Below the pieces are notes generated by a model that was not told where the DNA came from, searched no databases, and saw nothing but the letters and a program-made list of their open reading frames with translations. From an uncultured Thermoplasmatales archaeon (GTDB lineage: Archaea > Thermoplasmatota > E2 > DHVEG-1): a DNA stretch of 50,748 nucleotides. Positions 34,370-44,306 of this stretch are shown piece by piece. The stretch lies in NCBI GenBank assembly GCA_964601295.1, contig CAZRMY010000001.1, positions 1-50,748 of the forward strand. Direction: 5' to 3'. A program made the position numbers and the translations under genes. The stretch's first letter is position 1. Every line of letters starts with the position of its first letter.

Positions 34370-36373
34370 ATGAGGTATACTATGAGGAAAAAAACAAGCC
34401 ACATAATTACAACTTTAGTCATCGTGTTAACAGTAATGACCACGGGCGTTTCTGCATTTATTAACCATCAACAAACACCCACATATCATCCAATTATACA
34501 TACCAATTATAGTGATGGGATTGATGATATAGGCTGGTATACCAGTATCGCAGTAGATGATACCAACTTGCCACATATCAGCTATTACCACTACACCCGT
34601 GGTAATTTGAAATATGCGAGCTATAATGGAGTAGAATGGAGTACCGAAGTTATTGATAAAGAAGGTGACGTAGGACGATACACGTCTCTGGTGTTTGATA
34701 GTGAAGGGAACCCCCATATCAGCTACTACGATAAAACAAACGGTGATCTCAAATATGCATATCACAACGGATCGGACTGGGTAACCACCTGCGTTGACTC
34801 TAATGGAAACGCGGGTTTATTCACAGCTATTACTACTGATTCAAATAATAACCCGCATATTAGTTACGTTGAATATGGCACTCATGAGTTACGATACGCC
34901 TATCGCGATGAAAACACCTGGGTTATCGACCATGTAGACGACGATGTCGGCTGTGGAGAATACTTCAGTGATACTACCTCTATTCAACTTGACTCCGAGG
35001 ACTATCCGCATATATCCTATCTAAGCAGACCAAATTTTGATCTCAAATACGCATACTATAACGGCACCAATTGGATAAAAACAATAATTGATACATCTAA
35101 CAACATTGGTCAATACTCTTCGTTGCAATTAGATACCTGTGGCCAACCACATATCAGTTATGGTGACTGGACCAATTTTGATCTCAAATATGCGTATTAC
35201 AATCAAAGTGGATGGACTATTGAAACAGTAGACGCCCCAGGTGACGTACGCAAATGGACGTCTCTAGTTCTCATTAACGATTTCCCCTCAATAGTTTATT
35301 ATGATTACTTTGATGGTGACCTTAAAAAAGCATCCTTTGATGGAGGTAACTGGCAGCGTACAATACTTGATGCAGAAGGAGCGGTAGGATGTTTCAACTC
35401 CGCAATTGTAGACACTTTAAAAAACTTGCATATAAGTTATTACAGCTGGAGTAATAAGAGCCTGAAATATGCACAGGTCCACGATGATATTGTTACAATT
35501 CACACAATAGAAAACCCAGTAACAGAGGATCAACTTGACCAACAACAATACAACTGCTGCGGATACTCCTACGGCATTTTTGATACCATGCCCATTGCAC
35601 AGGGGTTCATACCTACAAATTCTCTTCTCACTCGAGTTGAACTTATGCTGCTCAGACATGATGTACCCGGGCCGCTCACTGTATCAATTCGAGAAAACCT
35701 TGATGGAAAGGATTTAACCAACTGTACACTCACCTCAGAACAAATTGCAGAAGATATGTCCTGGAAACTATTTGATTTCTCAGATATTACCGTTGAACCC
35801 GGCACCACCTATTATATCGTCTGTACATCCTCGGATACCCATGATAACAGCATGTACTGGTGGTATTTTGATATCAATAATCCCTATACTCTTGCAGATG
35901 CATGGATAAAGAGCGGTAATTGGAAAAAACTCACTGACTCTTCCTTCCCAGGAATCGACCTCGGATTCAAAACATATGGACGTGCATCTTATGCGCCTAG
36001 TAAACCCGATATCACCGGACCAACCAACCCAAAAGTACGAGAGGAATGTGAATACCAGCTCAAATCTTATGATGAAGATAATCACTCCCTGTATTATACC
36101 ATTAAATATGGCGATGGCTATAATGAAACCATAGGTCCATACATATCTGGTGAAGAGATAACAATAACACACAGCTGGGAAAAAAGAGGAACCTATTTGT
36201 TACAAGTACAAGCCGTTGACTCCACAAAAGCAGAAAGCGACTGGGGAACCCTTGAAATAACTGTTCCCAAAAATATCCCCGACTTTATCCACCGGGATAC
36301 ACCATACAATAGGTATATCACTCACTTGATATCTATGATCCACCAGCTTATTAACCTAAGCAGGTTCTCCTAG
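34370..36373 (+). CDS. Secreted/anchored 7-bladed beta-propeller protein (unnamed 'PHISY..DLKYA' repeat) + unassigned middle domain + PKD-like C-terminal module
   Basis: Seven ~46-aa repeats: D..(G/N).PHISY......DLKYAY.NG..W....(V/I)D..G..G.Y(T/S)SL. The first strand (GWYTSIAV) precedes repeat 1, as in a velcro closure. PKD-like module at 35989..36274. The start may be ATG 34382 (GAGGT 6 nt upstream). Lies 17 nt after the papain gene. Confidence 0.65.
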   Translation: MRYTMRKKTSHIITTLVIVLTVMTTGVSAFINHQQTPTYHPIIHTNYSDGIDDIGWYTSIAVDDTNLPHISYYHYTRGNLKYASYNGVEWSTEVIDKEGDVGRYTSLVFDSEGNPHISYYDKTNGDLKYAYHNGSDWVTTCVDSNGNAGLFTAITTDSNNNPHISYVEYGTHELRYAYRDENTWVIDHVDDDVGCGEYFSDTTSIQLDSEDYPHISYLSRPNFDLKYAYYNGTNWIKTIIDTSNNIGQYSSLQLDTCGQPHISYGDWTNFDLKYAYYNQSGWTIETVDAPGDVRKWTSLVLINDFPSIVYYDYFDGDLKKASFDGGNWQRTILDAEGAVGCFNSAIVDTLKNLHISYYSWSNKSLKYAQVHDDIVTIHTIENPVTEDQLDQQQYNCCGYSYGIFDTMPIAQGFIPTNSLLTRVELMLLRHDVPGPLTVSIRENLDGKDLTNCTLTSEQIAEDMSWKLFDFSDITVEPGTTYYIVCTSSDTHDNSMYWWYFDINNPYTLADAWIKSGNWKKLTDSSFPGIDLGFKTYGRASYAPSKPDITGPTNPKVREECEYQLKSYDEDNHSLYYTIKYGDGYNETIGPYISGEEITITHSWEKRGTYLLQVQAVDSTKAESDWGTLEITVPKNIPDFIHRDTPYNRYITHLISMIHQLINLSRFS

Positions 36374-36408
36374 GATAAAGGAAAATAAAAAGAAAAGTTG
36401 AGAAAACG

Positions 36409-38904
36409 TTAGGAGTAGCCGCCTATCATCAAGCTAGGATCACCGAGTAACTCCCATTGTTCAACGGTTTTTTGATCAATGCCATCCCATCCGTAATCAT
36501 GACGCCAATAATCAAGTTCAAAGGTTTTATGATGGGAGATATAGCTGGTGATAGACTGGCTATATGCCATGCCAAGGATATGTTGGTCTTCCTCGCCGTA
36601 TTGTCTGAAAAACTCGGTGTTAATCCATCCATCACCGGTTCCAATAGTGCACACATCTCCTTCTGAACCCCAGCCATAACCTGTGTTACCCATGGTGGCA
36701 ATAGCACCAGTGTCAGGAAGTTTTACCATATACCATCCCCAGCATTCTGGGATAGGAGTGCCATAGGTGAACATCCAGTTTTGAATAAAACGATTTAACA
36801 ATGTTGGAATCAATGATACACTAAACATACTGTTATGACAACCGCCGACGCACACGACAGGAAGTTTATCGGTGTTACCTAATTTTCTCATCGGGAACAC
36901 GGGAAGTCGGATGAATGGGAAATATGCGGACGCCTGGGTTACCACGAGTCCTGCTACTTGCCCGTACCGGCGGTTTCCTGGGATACCGGGGTAGTGATCA
37001 CCCCACCATCCTGGGCTTCCATGACCCGAGAAATATGCTAATCCGTATCCGTTGCTGAATTCTTCAATGACATCAGATTGATCAACCCATTTTCCATTAG
37101 AGGTGAACACCACATTTTTTTCGTAATCCTCAGGCATATATACCAGCGCCCCTCCACGGCCTTTGAGCAGTTTTTCACCAACGACCCATTCTCCCTCGTA
37201 ATAGGTTTCTGTGTTAGATCGATTTGCAGAAAACACGGTGGTTCCTTCATCATTTTCAACCCAGACTGATAAATCAGTTATGTTACCGTATGGCTTGGGA
37301 TCGTAGGATTTACCGCGGATGGTTAACACGCCACCGATATACGATATATTAGCCCACCAATATAGGTCATTACAGTAGGCTTCTCCCCCCGTTGGGGTAT
37401 ACGTATAGTCTGTGTTTCCTAGGGTGTTACCATTGGATACTGATACGATTTCTGTGATAGGTGGTGCAGGATATCCCTCTTCTAATGCTTCATTTAAATG
37501 ATCATCGTGATTAAAGGTGATATTCGTCGGGGCACTCTCGTCTAGAGTCACCTGGATTTCATCAATTGGTCCGGTTTCATCTTCAGGGTTTGTACTCTGC
37601 GCGTAAATCGTATACATTCCATCTGGTAAACTGGTGGTATCCCATTGGATATCCCAATCTCGTTGATCAAGAAATCCATCTCCTGAAATAACAATAATTC
37701 GTTTAAACCAACTGGGATCTGCCACAGTGCTTTCGTACTGTATGATTTTGTCAACAACATTTTCCGCCTCCCGTTTATTTCGGCAGGCCAGCCGTCCGAC
37801 TGCGACATCAGGGTACAGATCCAGGTCATCTCTTAGATCTCCAGACCATTCAGCAAACACGCCGTTACCGTTACTATCCCAACTGGAGAAATTCCCGCCG
37901 TTGTCGTAGATATCAGCATAATACAGGTCACTCATATATCCTGGTTCACCACTGGTGAAATTATAACTGGGTTGTCCATCATATTGAAAGTTTGAATAAC
38001 GCACAGGCAGATGCCACGCAGAGGATCCATGATTAATATCATCCTTAGGCTTTGCATATACCATTGATTTTAAACCCCCAACTAATAACACATAGGTAAT
38101 CCCATGGGTTTCAATCGCATCTTTGATGAAATATTTAATTTGTTCAGGTTTATCTACACCAGTGTACGTATCATAAATATCTTCAGTAGTCATCATCATT
38201 GCTGTCATCCCCATATCGTTTTTATGATCAACTAAACGCTGTACTTCTGAAGAAAACGTGGAGGGTGTAATTACTACTAAATTATATGTTGATGTGGCTG
38301 GGAAAAATGACTTCTGCGGTTCAACATATGATAATGTTATATCAAATGTCTCAGCGATTATCGTCTCACCTGTTGCAGGGTTATATCGTACGGGAAACAA
38401 ATTCACAGTAACATGAGTGGCACGTTTTCCTTCACCGTTTAAACCACATCCTATATGCATACCATACCAGTCATGCGGATATATCATATCATTATCATAT
38501 ATGGAGCTGTCTTTAACACATTGAGATATTAAACTATCTTGCGATGATAGAGGTCTTGGAGCAGGTGCTGGACGAATGTGCTTTGTCAGTGTTTGTCCTT
38601 GAAAGCTGTGAGTTACCACTTCGGCTTGGACATGGGTAACCCCAAATGGCAGCTCGTAATGTTTTATTATTTTGGGAAGCATAGGCTGCCCGGGGTTCAT
38701 CAAATATGCGTCATAACCTGCTAATTGTACAGATAGATACTCGTTATCGTAATCCACGAAACCAACTAATCTTGTATCCATTCCAACCTTATCCTCTATT
38801 ATTCGATTAGTAGGAAGGAAAGTATTTTTCTGCTGTGTTGCAAGAGTACCAAACCCGCTGAGCACTAACATGCTTAATATTGGGATAACAAACCATTTTC
38901 TCAT
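36409..38904 (-). CDS. Secreted gingipain-like (peptidase C25 family) protein
   Basis: Signal peptide. Propeptide-like NPGQPMLPKIIKHYELP. Core: YNLVVITPS..IKYFIKDAIE..YVLLVGG..SDLYYADIYD..DVAVGRLACRN..VDKIIQYE. Candidate His in LAYFSGHGSPGWW and Cys in VVCVGGCHNSMF. GGGGG 10 nt upstream of the ATG. Confidence 0.8.
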   Translation of the reverse strand: MRKWFVIPILSMLVLSGFGTLATQQKNTFLPTNRIIEDKVGMDTRLVGFVDYDNEYLSVQLAGYDAYLMNPGQPMLPKIIKHYELPFGVTHVQAEVVTHSFQGQTLTKHIRPAPAPRPLSSQDSLISQCVKDSSIYDNDMIYPHDWYGMHIGCGLNGEGKRATHVTVNLFPVRYNPATGETIIAETFDITLSYVEPQKSFFPATSTYNLVVITPSTFSSEVQRLVDHKNDMGMTAMMMTTEDIYDTYTGVDKPEQIKYFIKDAIETHGITYVLLVGGLKSMVYAKPKDDINHGSSAWHLPVRYSNFQYDGQPSYNFTSGEPGYMSDLYYADIYDNGGNFSSWDSNGNGVFAEWSGDLRDDLDLYPDVAVGRLACRNKREAENVVDKIIQYESTVADPSWFKRIIVISGDGFLDQRDWDIQWDTTSLPDGMYTIYAQSTNPEDETGPIDEIQVTLDESAPTNITFNHDDHLNEALEEGYPAPPITEIVSVSNGNTLGNTDYTYTPTGGEAYCNDLYWWANISYIGGVLTIRGKSYDPKPYGNITDLSVWVENDEGTTVFSANRSNTETYYEGEWVVGEKLLKGRGGALVYMPEDYEKNVVFTSNGKWVDQSDVIEEFSNGYGLAYFSGHGSPGWWGDHYPGIPGNRRYGQVAGLVVTQASAYFPFIRLPVFPMRKLGNTDKLPVVCVGGCHNSMFSVSLIPTLLNRFIQNWMFTYGTPIPECWGWYMVKLPDTGAIATMGNTGYGWGSEGDVCTIGTGDGWINTEFFRQYGEEDQHILGMAYSQSITSYISHHKTFELDYWRHDYGWDGIDQKTVEQWELLGDPSLMIGGYS

Positions 38905-39375
38905 TATTATGTCGCCCCCTTTACATTATAAACTATTATTATCTATTTAGTATAAAAATTTTGAGTTTACTAAATGAACCATTTTTTCAAAATAATATCA
39001 TCAAAGAATCTTTAATTCTTAACTCACTGTTCACAAAGGTAGCGTTGTTACCCCAGTTTTTTCTGCTGTAGTTGCTCCTGTGAATAAAATTTTCTTTGAC
39101 ACTTTGGGCAGGTAATTGGTGATTCTTGGGAGCTTCGGACCCATCGATGACCACAGAACGGACAATTCTCTTTTTTTATGAGTATTCCCCCACTTGTTTA
39201 AAGGTAAATTATACCCTCTGTTATTAATTTTTCTAATATTTTGTTCAAAGCAGAGCGTATTCAATTCGATAATAAATATTAAATATCATATATATTATAT
39301 TAAGTGAAAAATGGTAAGTGCTGTAAACAAACATTTATATATTAAAAAACCAAAAATAATATCGGTCGTTGCACT

Positions 39376-42222
39376 ATGAACTATTTACGACGAGAGATAA
39401 GAGTCATCATCCTAGCTTTCTTCTTAATTGTCAGTACGATGAGTCTTTTCAGTTTCAACCCTTCAAGTTCTGCGCAATCTAGTAGCAGCTCAACGAAACT
39501 CTACTTCCATGGTACTGTAGAAGAAATGGGTATGGCCTACATGTACCAAAAACCACCTGAAGCACAAAACGATACTATGTGGCCACCTCGATTGACTGAC
39601 ACTGATGATGTTATTCTTTGGCTTTCTTCAGCTTTCTTTAGCAATTTTTTTGAGGATATAGATGAAAATTTCTCAGGTTTTGAAGATTTTTTAAATATCA
39701 GTCCTTTTGCTGTAACCGGTCTTTATGAATATGCTGGTGAAGAACCATTGTATGTAAACGGCGATATCGTTTTTGATCTTTATTTTTATAGCCCTATAAC
39801 CTCCAAGCTCCTCAATAAGGACGACGTCAAAATCAGTATCAGCTATCTTACTATTGATTTATCATCAGATTTTGGCTTTTCATATGTAGAAGTAAAAAAC
39901 TTCACAACTACAATTAATCCCAGGATTCTTGGGGACAAAATAACCGGCATGCAAATCATACTTGAAGATGTTGATTTTGAACTCCCCGAGTTTAGTATGG
40001 GCCTTCAATTTACCGTAGAAATCCGTCCCAGTGACAAACTAATCACGCGACTTATTGATCAGTTTGTCTCGGAAGATAGACTTATTGAACGATGGGAAAG
40101 CCGGGTAGAACGATGGCAGGACAGTCCTTTAGATATACTCCAAAATATTAGTGCAATAGCCGATGAATTTCTTACCCTTTGGGAAGAGTTTAATCTTTCT
40201 AAAGAAGATTTTACTGAAGTGATAAATGCTTTTAGCTCATCCTCATTTGTATACAACTCTGCACAGCATCCTTCATCTGTCTCTTTACCCATCCAGTTAC
40301 CTGGAGAACCAACAGATAACGATGTTATCTACTATTTGCATGAAGAAAGTATGGACATTGAGTTGCCGACAAATGAAAAAAATAACAAGCAACCTTTAAG
40401 TGAAGATAAATTACAATGGGCTGCCCCCAGTCTTAGCCGAAGTAAACTTCTCGATGAAGTTACTGCCACTCTTTATTTGAACGCAAATACGCTCCTTAAT
40501 ATCCGTGATATCACAGTTGCTTGTGAACTACTTGATAAAGACACAGTTATAGCTACATCGCCTCATCAACTCAAATTTGATACTATTTTAAGCCCACCTG
40601 AGCCAATAATGTTTACCTTCAGCGATCTCAATGATTATGAACTTGAATATGACCACAGCCTTACTCTAGCAGTCTACCTTGCTAATGACTCGAAAATGGG
40701 CCTACAAAATCTTGGGCGTAAAGTCAAACTTCATTATGATACGGTAGACACTCCTTCGGCACTTTATGTGAGCTTTGAGGATACTGAGAATATCCAAATC
40801 GATTCTATTGCATCTGATCCTGCTGACGAAGAAATTATACCTGGAGATACCGTAACATACACACTTGAGATATCCAGTGAAAAAGCAGATACTATACACA
40901 TTGACGCAGAATCCCTTGAAAGTGAAGGCTCCTGGTCAGTAGCTGTTGAACCTGAAACAGTTACCCTACCCGCAGGCGGAACCGCGAATATAACCATCAG
41001 TGTTACATCGGAAGCCACCTCCACAGAAGCCTATGATGTCGACTACACTGACCTTCTTTTCACCATTGCGGGGAAAACAGGGCGAATCACACATACCACG
41101 ACTGTTGATGTAACCTCTGATGCTATACATTACGACGTGCAAATCGTGACATATACTGATCATCGTGATATCAAAAAAGGTGAAAACAATTCATTTTTCT
41201 TTATCATTCTAAACAATAACACCGGTGTAAAAGGGGAAACTGATAGCTATACTATTATTGCTACTTCACAGAATGACTGGCGGCTTGAATACAATGAAGA
41301 ATACGAAGATCTTGCTATTGGGGAAACCTCACCTGATGAAGAAATAATCGTTAAAGCATTCGTCCCAGAAGAAACAAATGAAACACAGGATACCATCACC
41401 GTTAAAATAATATCACAAAACAACCCAGACACCATGGCTATAGTCAATGTTACCGTCAACGTTGAACCACCATCAATTTTAGAATCAATCTATCAATTCT
41501 TTGAATCACTCGGCGAAGAACTCGGACTCGATGAAACCTTCGGTGACAACGCACCAATCGCCCTTGCAGCAATATGTATGATTATCATCTTTTTCATCAT
41601 AATACTCATCGCGCTTATCGCAACACAACGACATGTCGAACTCATCTGCTTAAACCGGGCACAAGAAATCACACCTGATCAACATGCTACATATACTATA
41701 ACACTTAAAAACCCACGGAAGAAAAAACCACAACACTACAAACTCTCCGTGGAAACCAAAAACCATAACACAGACCACTGGACAACCGATCTGACCACTA
41801 CCACTATAACCATCCCACCATCAGAAACCAAAGATATAACTTTTACAGTAACACCCACTGAACATGTAGAAAAAGACGAATGGATCGAAGCAATACTTCT
41901 CGTAGAAACACCCGGGAAACGTCGAATAGAAACCATCAGCACCATGACCACCATATGCGAAGGCGAAACACATCTCAGCCTCACTGATGTGTTCACATGG
42001 CCCCGTACCTTCAGCAAAGGCGACCGCATTATCACCTCATTTAAAGTACATAACAAAGGTAACCTTACCGCACGCAACGTCACCATCTTTTTATATATAA
42101 ATGGCAAGCAAAAGAATAAAGTAGAAGATATTACTATTCCCCCAGGCGCATACGCAGAGATCCGTATGCCATGGATTGCTGTCAAAGGCAAAAACGAGCT
42201 AGAATTAAAAATCGCTGAATAA
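39376..42222 (+). CDS. Large membrane protein with NEW3/CARDB-like Ig domains on both sides of a central TM helix (COG1470-like)
   Basis: Signal-like N-terminus. ~450-aa unassigned region. NEW3/CARDB-like segments (IIPGDTVTYTLEISS..VTLPAGGTANITISVTS). TM APIALAAICMIIIFFIIILIALIA. Three more Ig-like segments, the last CARDB-like (GDRIITSFKVHNKGNLTARNVTIFLYING). ATTTATATAT box ~36 nt upstream of the ATG. Confidence 0.55.
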   Translation: MNYLRREIRVIILAFFLIVSTMSLFSFNPSSSAQSSSSSTKLYFHGTVEEMGMAYMYQKPPEAQNDTMWPPRLTDTDDVILWLSSAFFSNFFEDIDENFSGFEDFLNISPFAVTGLYEYAGEEPLYVNGDIVFDLYFYSPITSKLLNKDDVKISISYLTIDLSSDFGFSYVEVKNFTTTINPRILGDKITGMQIILEDVDFELPEFSMGLQFTVEIRPSDKLITRLIDQFVSEDRLIERWESRVERWQDSPLDILQNISAIADEFLTLWEEFNLSKEDFTEVINAFSSSSFVYNSAQHPSSVSLPIQLPGEPTDNDVIYYLHEESMDIELPTNEKNNKQPLSEDKLQWAAPSLSRSKLLDEVTATLYLNANTLLNIRDITVACELLDKDTVIATSPHQLKFDTILSPPEPIMFTFSDLNDYELEYDHSLTLAVYLANDSKMGLQNLGRKVKLHYDTVDTPSALYVSFEDTENIQIDSIASDPADEEIIPGDTVTYTLEISSEKADTIHIDAESLESEGSWSVAVEPETVTLPAGGTANITISVTSEATSTEAYDVDYTDLLFTIAGKTGRITHTTTVDVTSDAIHYDVQIVTYTDHRDIKKGENNSFFFIILNNNTGVKGETDSYTIIATSQNDWRLEYNEEYEDLAIGETSPDEEIIVKAFVPEETNETQDTITVKIISQNNPDTMAIVNVTVNVEPPSILESIYQFFESLGEELGLDETFGDNAPIALAAICMIIIFFIIILIALIATQRHVELICLNRAQEITPDQHATYTITLKNPRKKKPQHYKLSVETKNHNTDHWTTDLTTTTITIPPSETKDITFTVTPTEHVEKDEWIEAILLVETPGKRRIETISTMTTICEGETHLSLTDVFTWPRTFSKGDRIITSFKVHNKGNLTARNVTIFLYINGKQKNKVEDITIPPGAYAEIRMPWIAVKGKNELELKIAE

Positions 42223-42263
42223 AACAATTGACTCCCTAATAGCAATCTCACATACAATATCGG

Positions 42264-43163
42264 GTGGTATGTTTTTTGACCGATGAAAACGCTCAAAAGA
42301 AAAAAGAAGAACTCGAGCAACTCCGTAACGCCGAGAAAAAATTCCAACAACTCATTGTAAAACGTAACGAACTCAATGATATCGCCCGCGTGCTCCGTGA
42401 AGAGAGAGATATGCTTAACGCTAAACGCAAAGAACTCAGAGAAGACATGAAAAAAAACAAAAAAGAACGCGACGATATTGTCGCAAAAATGCGGAAACAC
42501 AAAGAACTCCGCAACCAGTACCAACAACAAGCCAAAGACCTCATTAGCAAAAAACAAAAACAACGCGGCAACGTCATACCAAGCCTCCCACTCAAAGCCG
42601 AAGAACTCAAAGCAGATATCCAAATGCTTGAATACCGCCAAGAAACCACACCGCTCACCCCGCAAGAGGAAAACAAACTCATAGAATCCATCAGAGATAA
42701 ACGAAAAGAATACCAACAAACTCTGAAACAACTCGAAAAACAACAAAGCATCCAAATCGATCTCACAGATACTGATCAAGCTATAACCGAATTATTCAAA
42801 AAAGCAGACGAAGAACATGAACTCGTCCAAAAATACTACCAAGAAAGCCAGAAAAAACATGAAGAATACATGAAACAAGTCCAAGAAATCTCCGTTTCAA
42901 TCAATGAATCCAATAAAAAACATGAACAATACATTGAAGTACGCAATGAAGCACAAAACTACCATAACAAAGCAACAGATATGAAATCCAAAGTCCTTTC
43001 TATCAAACAAGAAAGACGACATCGCTATAAAGAAGCCAAAAGCATCATTAAAGAACAAAATGTTAAAGCCCGCAATCTCACCGCAGATAAGAAAAAACTT
43101 GACAAACACGCCGAAGACTCTGTAGATGAATTGAAAAAAGGCAGAAAAATTACTTTGTCCTAA
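42264..43163 (+). CDS. Archaeal coiled-coil protein (COG1340-like), function unknown
   Basis: K/E/Q-rich heptad-like sequence throughout. Central EYRQETTPLTPQEENKLIESI block recalled from COG1340 proteins. The start is GTG 42264 or TTG 42276; there is no in-frame ATG nearby. Confidence 0.6.
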   Translation: MVCFLTDENAQKKKEELEQLRNAEKKFQQLIVKRNELNDIARVLREERDMLNAKRKELREDMKKNKKERDDIVAKMRKHKELRNQYQQQAKDLISKKQKQRGNVIPSLPLKAEELKADIQMLEYRQETTPLTPQEENKLIESIRDKRKEYQQTLKQLEKQQSIQIDLTDTDQAITELFKKADEEHELVQKYYQESQKKHEEYMKQVQEISVSINESNKKHEQYIEVRNEAQNYHNKATDMKSKVLSIKQERRHRYKEAKSIIKEQNVKARNLTADKKKLDKHAEDSVDELKKGRKITLS

Positions 43164-43249
43164 AACTTTCAGAGTCTCGGCATTCACCGTATTTTTAAAC
43201 AACAGCTTTAAATAGCTAACGCTAAATCCAGCCCCGTGAGGGCAGATTA

Positions 43250-44299
43250 ATGACACAAATTGGAATTGTAAGCTATGGAGCCTATATACCGCGTCTACGT
43301 ATAAAAACCGAAGAAACTGCGCTTGTTTGGGGAAAAGATGGCGCAACAATTAGCCGAGGGTTAGGTATACTGGAAAAAACTGTGCCCTCAATTGACCAGG
43401 ACACCGCGACCATCAGCGTTGAAGCCGCGCGATCAGCGCTTAAACGTTGTACAATTTCACCTGCAGATATCGGCGCGATATACATCGGAAGTGAATCACA
43501 TCCGTATGCTGTTAAACCTACGGGGACTATTGTGGGTGAAGCAATAGCTGCAACACCAGATTTAATGGTAGCAGATTTTGAATTTGCTTGTAAAGCGGGT
43601 ACCGCTGCGATACAAGTGTGTACTGCTCTGGTCAAATCAGATATGATCAAGTATGGTCTTGCAATCGGTGCAGATACTTCTCAAGCAGCACCAGGGGATG
43701 CATTAGAGTTTTCTGCTTCAGGAGGGGGAGCTGCATTTATCATTGGCAAACAAAATGTTATCGCAGAGATTAATCACACTTATTCATATACCACCGATAC
43801 TCCTGATTTCTGGCGACGGGAAGGACGTAAATATCCTGAGCATGGAGGACGATTTACCGGTGCACCCGCGTATTTCAAACATATTTCCAGTTGCGCGCAA
43901 AAACTCATGGAAAAAGCAGGGGGCACTCCTTCAGATTACCAATATGCAATATTTCATCAGCCAAACGGGAAATTCCCTGTGAATGTTGCTAAGAAACTTG
44001 GATTCTCCAAGGATCAAATCAAACAGGGGCTTCTCTGTCCATATATAGGAAACACGTATTCAGGTGCAGTTCCTATTGGTCTTGCCTCAGTATTAGATGT
44101 AGCTAAACCAGGAGATAGAATTTTTATTACCAGCTATGGTTCTGGTGCGGGGAGCGATGGTTTTGATATCACTGTTACCGATGAGATAACTAAGCTTGCT
44201 CGCGTTAATGCACCAACAGTCTCTGAACTTGTAGAAAACAAAGAATATGTCGATTATGGGACATATGCAAAATATCGTGATTTATTATATTGGGAGTGA
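43250..44299 (+). CDS. Hydroxymethylglutaryl-CoA synthase (archaeal type)
   Basis: 349 aa. [35 protein letters not shown] (active-site Cys), [15 protein letters not shown]. First gene of the thiolase/DUF35 trio. Confidence 0.88.
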   Translation: MTQIGIVSYGAYIPRLRIKTEETALVWGKDGATISRGLGILEKTVPSIDQDTATISVEAARSALKRCTISPADIGAIYIGSESHPYAVKPTGTIVGEAIAATPDLMVADFEFACKAGTAAIQVCTALVKSDMIKYGLAIGADTSQAAPGDALEFSASGGGAAFIIGKQNVIAEINHTYSYTTDTPDFWRREGRKYPEHGGRFTGAPAYFKHISSCAQKLMEKAGGTPSDYQYAIFHQPNGKFPVNVAKKLGFSKDQIKQGLLCPYIGNTYSGAVPIGLASVLDVAKPGDRIFITSYGSGAGSDGFDITVTDEITKLARVNAPTVSELVENKEYVDYGTYAKYRDLLYWE

Positions 44300-44306
44300 T
44301 ACTAAA

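Noticed and set aside
39031-39264. 77-aa basic ORF (minus strand) and a moderately GC-rich patch with a cUUCGg-like element and T7 run (plus strand) in the 471-bp intergenic region
   Set aside because: No recognisable protein motif, no convincing stem-loop (only 3 GC pairs around the tetraloop) and no C/D or H/ACA boxes. It cannot be supported as either a CDS or an ncRNA without covariance or expression data.
41736-43349. Long antisense ORFs (347 aa at 41736..42779, 157 aa at 42293..42766, 150 aa at 42897..43349) opposite the CARDB-like and coiled-coil genes
   Set aside because: Their F/L/S-rich low-complexity translations mirror the K/E/Q-rich sense strand. One spans an intergenic gap. None has a recognisable motif. 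They are classic shadow ORFs.
44247-44306. Track start of the thiolase ORF, which overlaps the HMG-CoA synthase 3' end
   Set aside because: The conserved thiolase N-terminus ([11 protein letters not shown]) begins at ATG 44307, directly after the upstream stop and a GGGAG motif.
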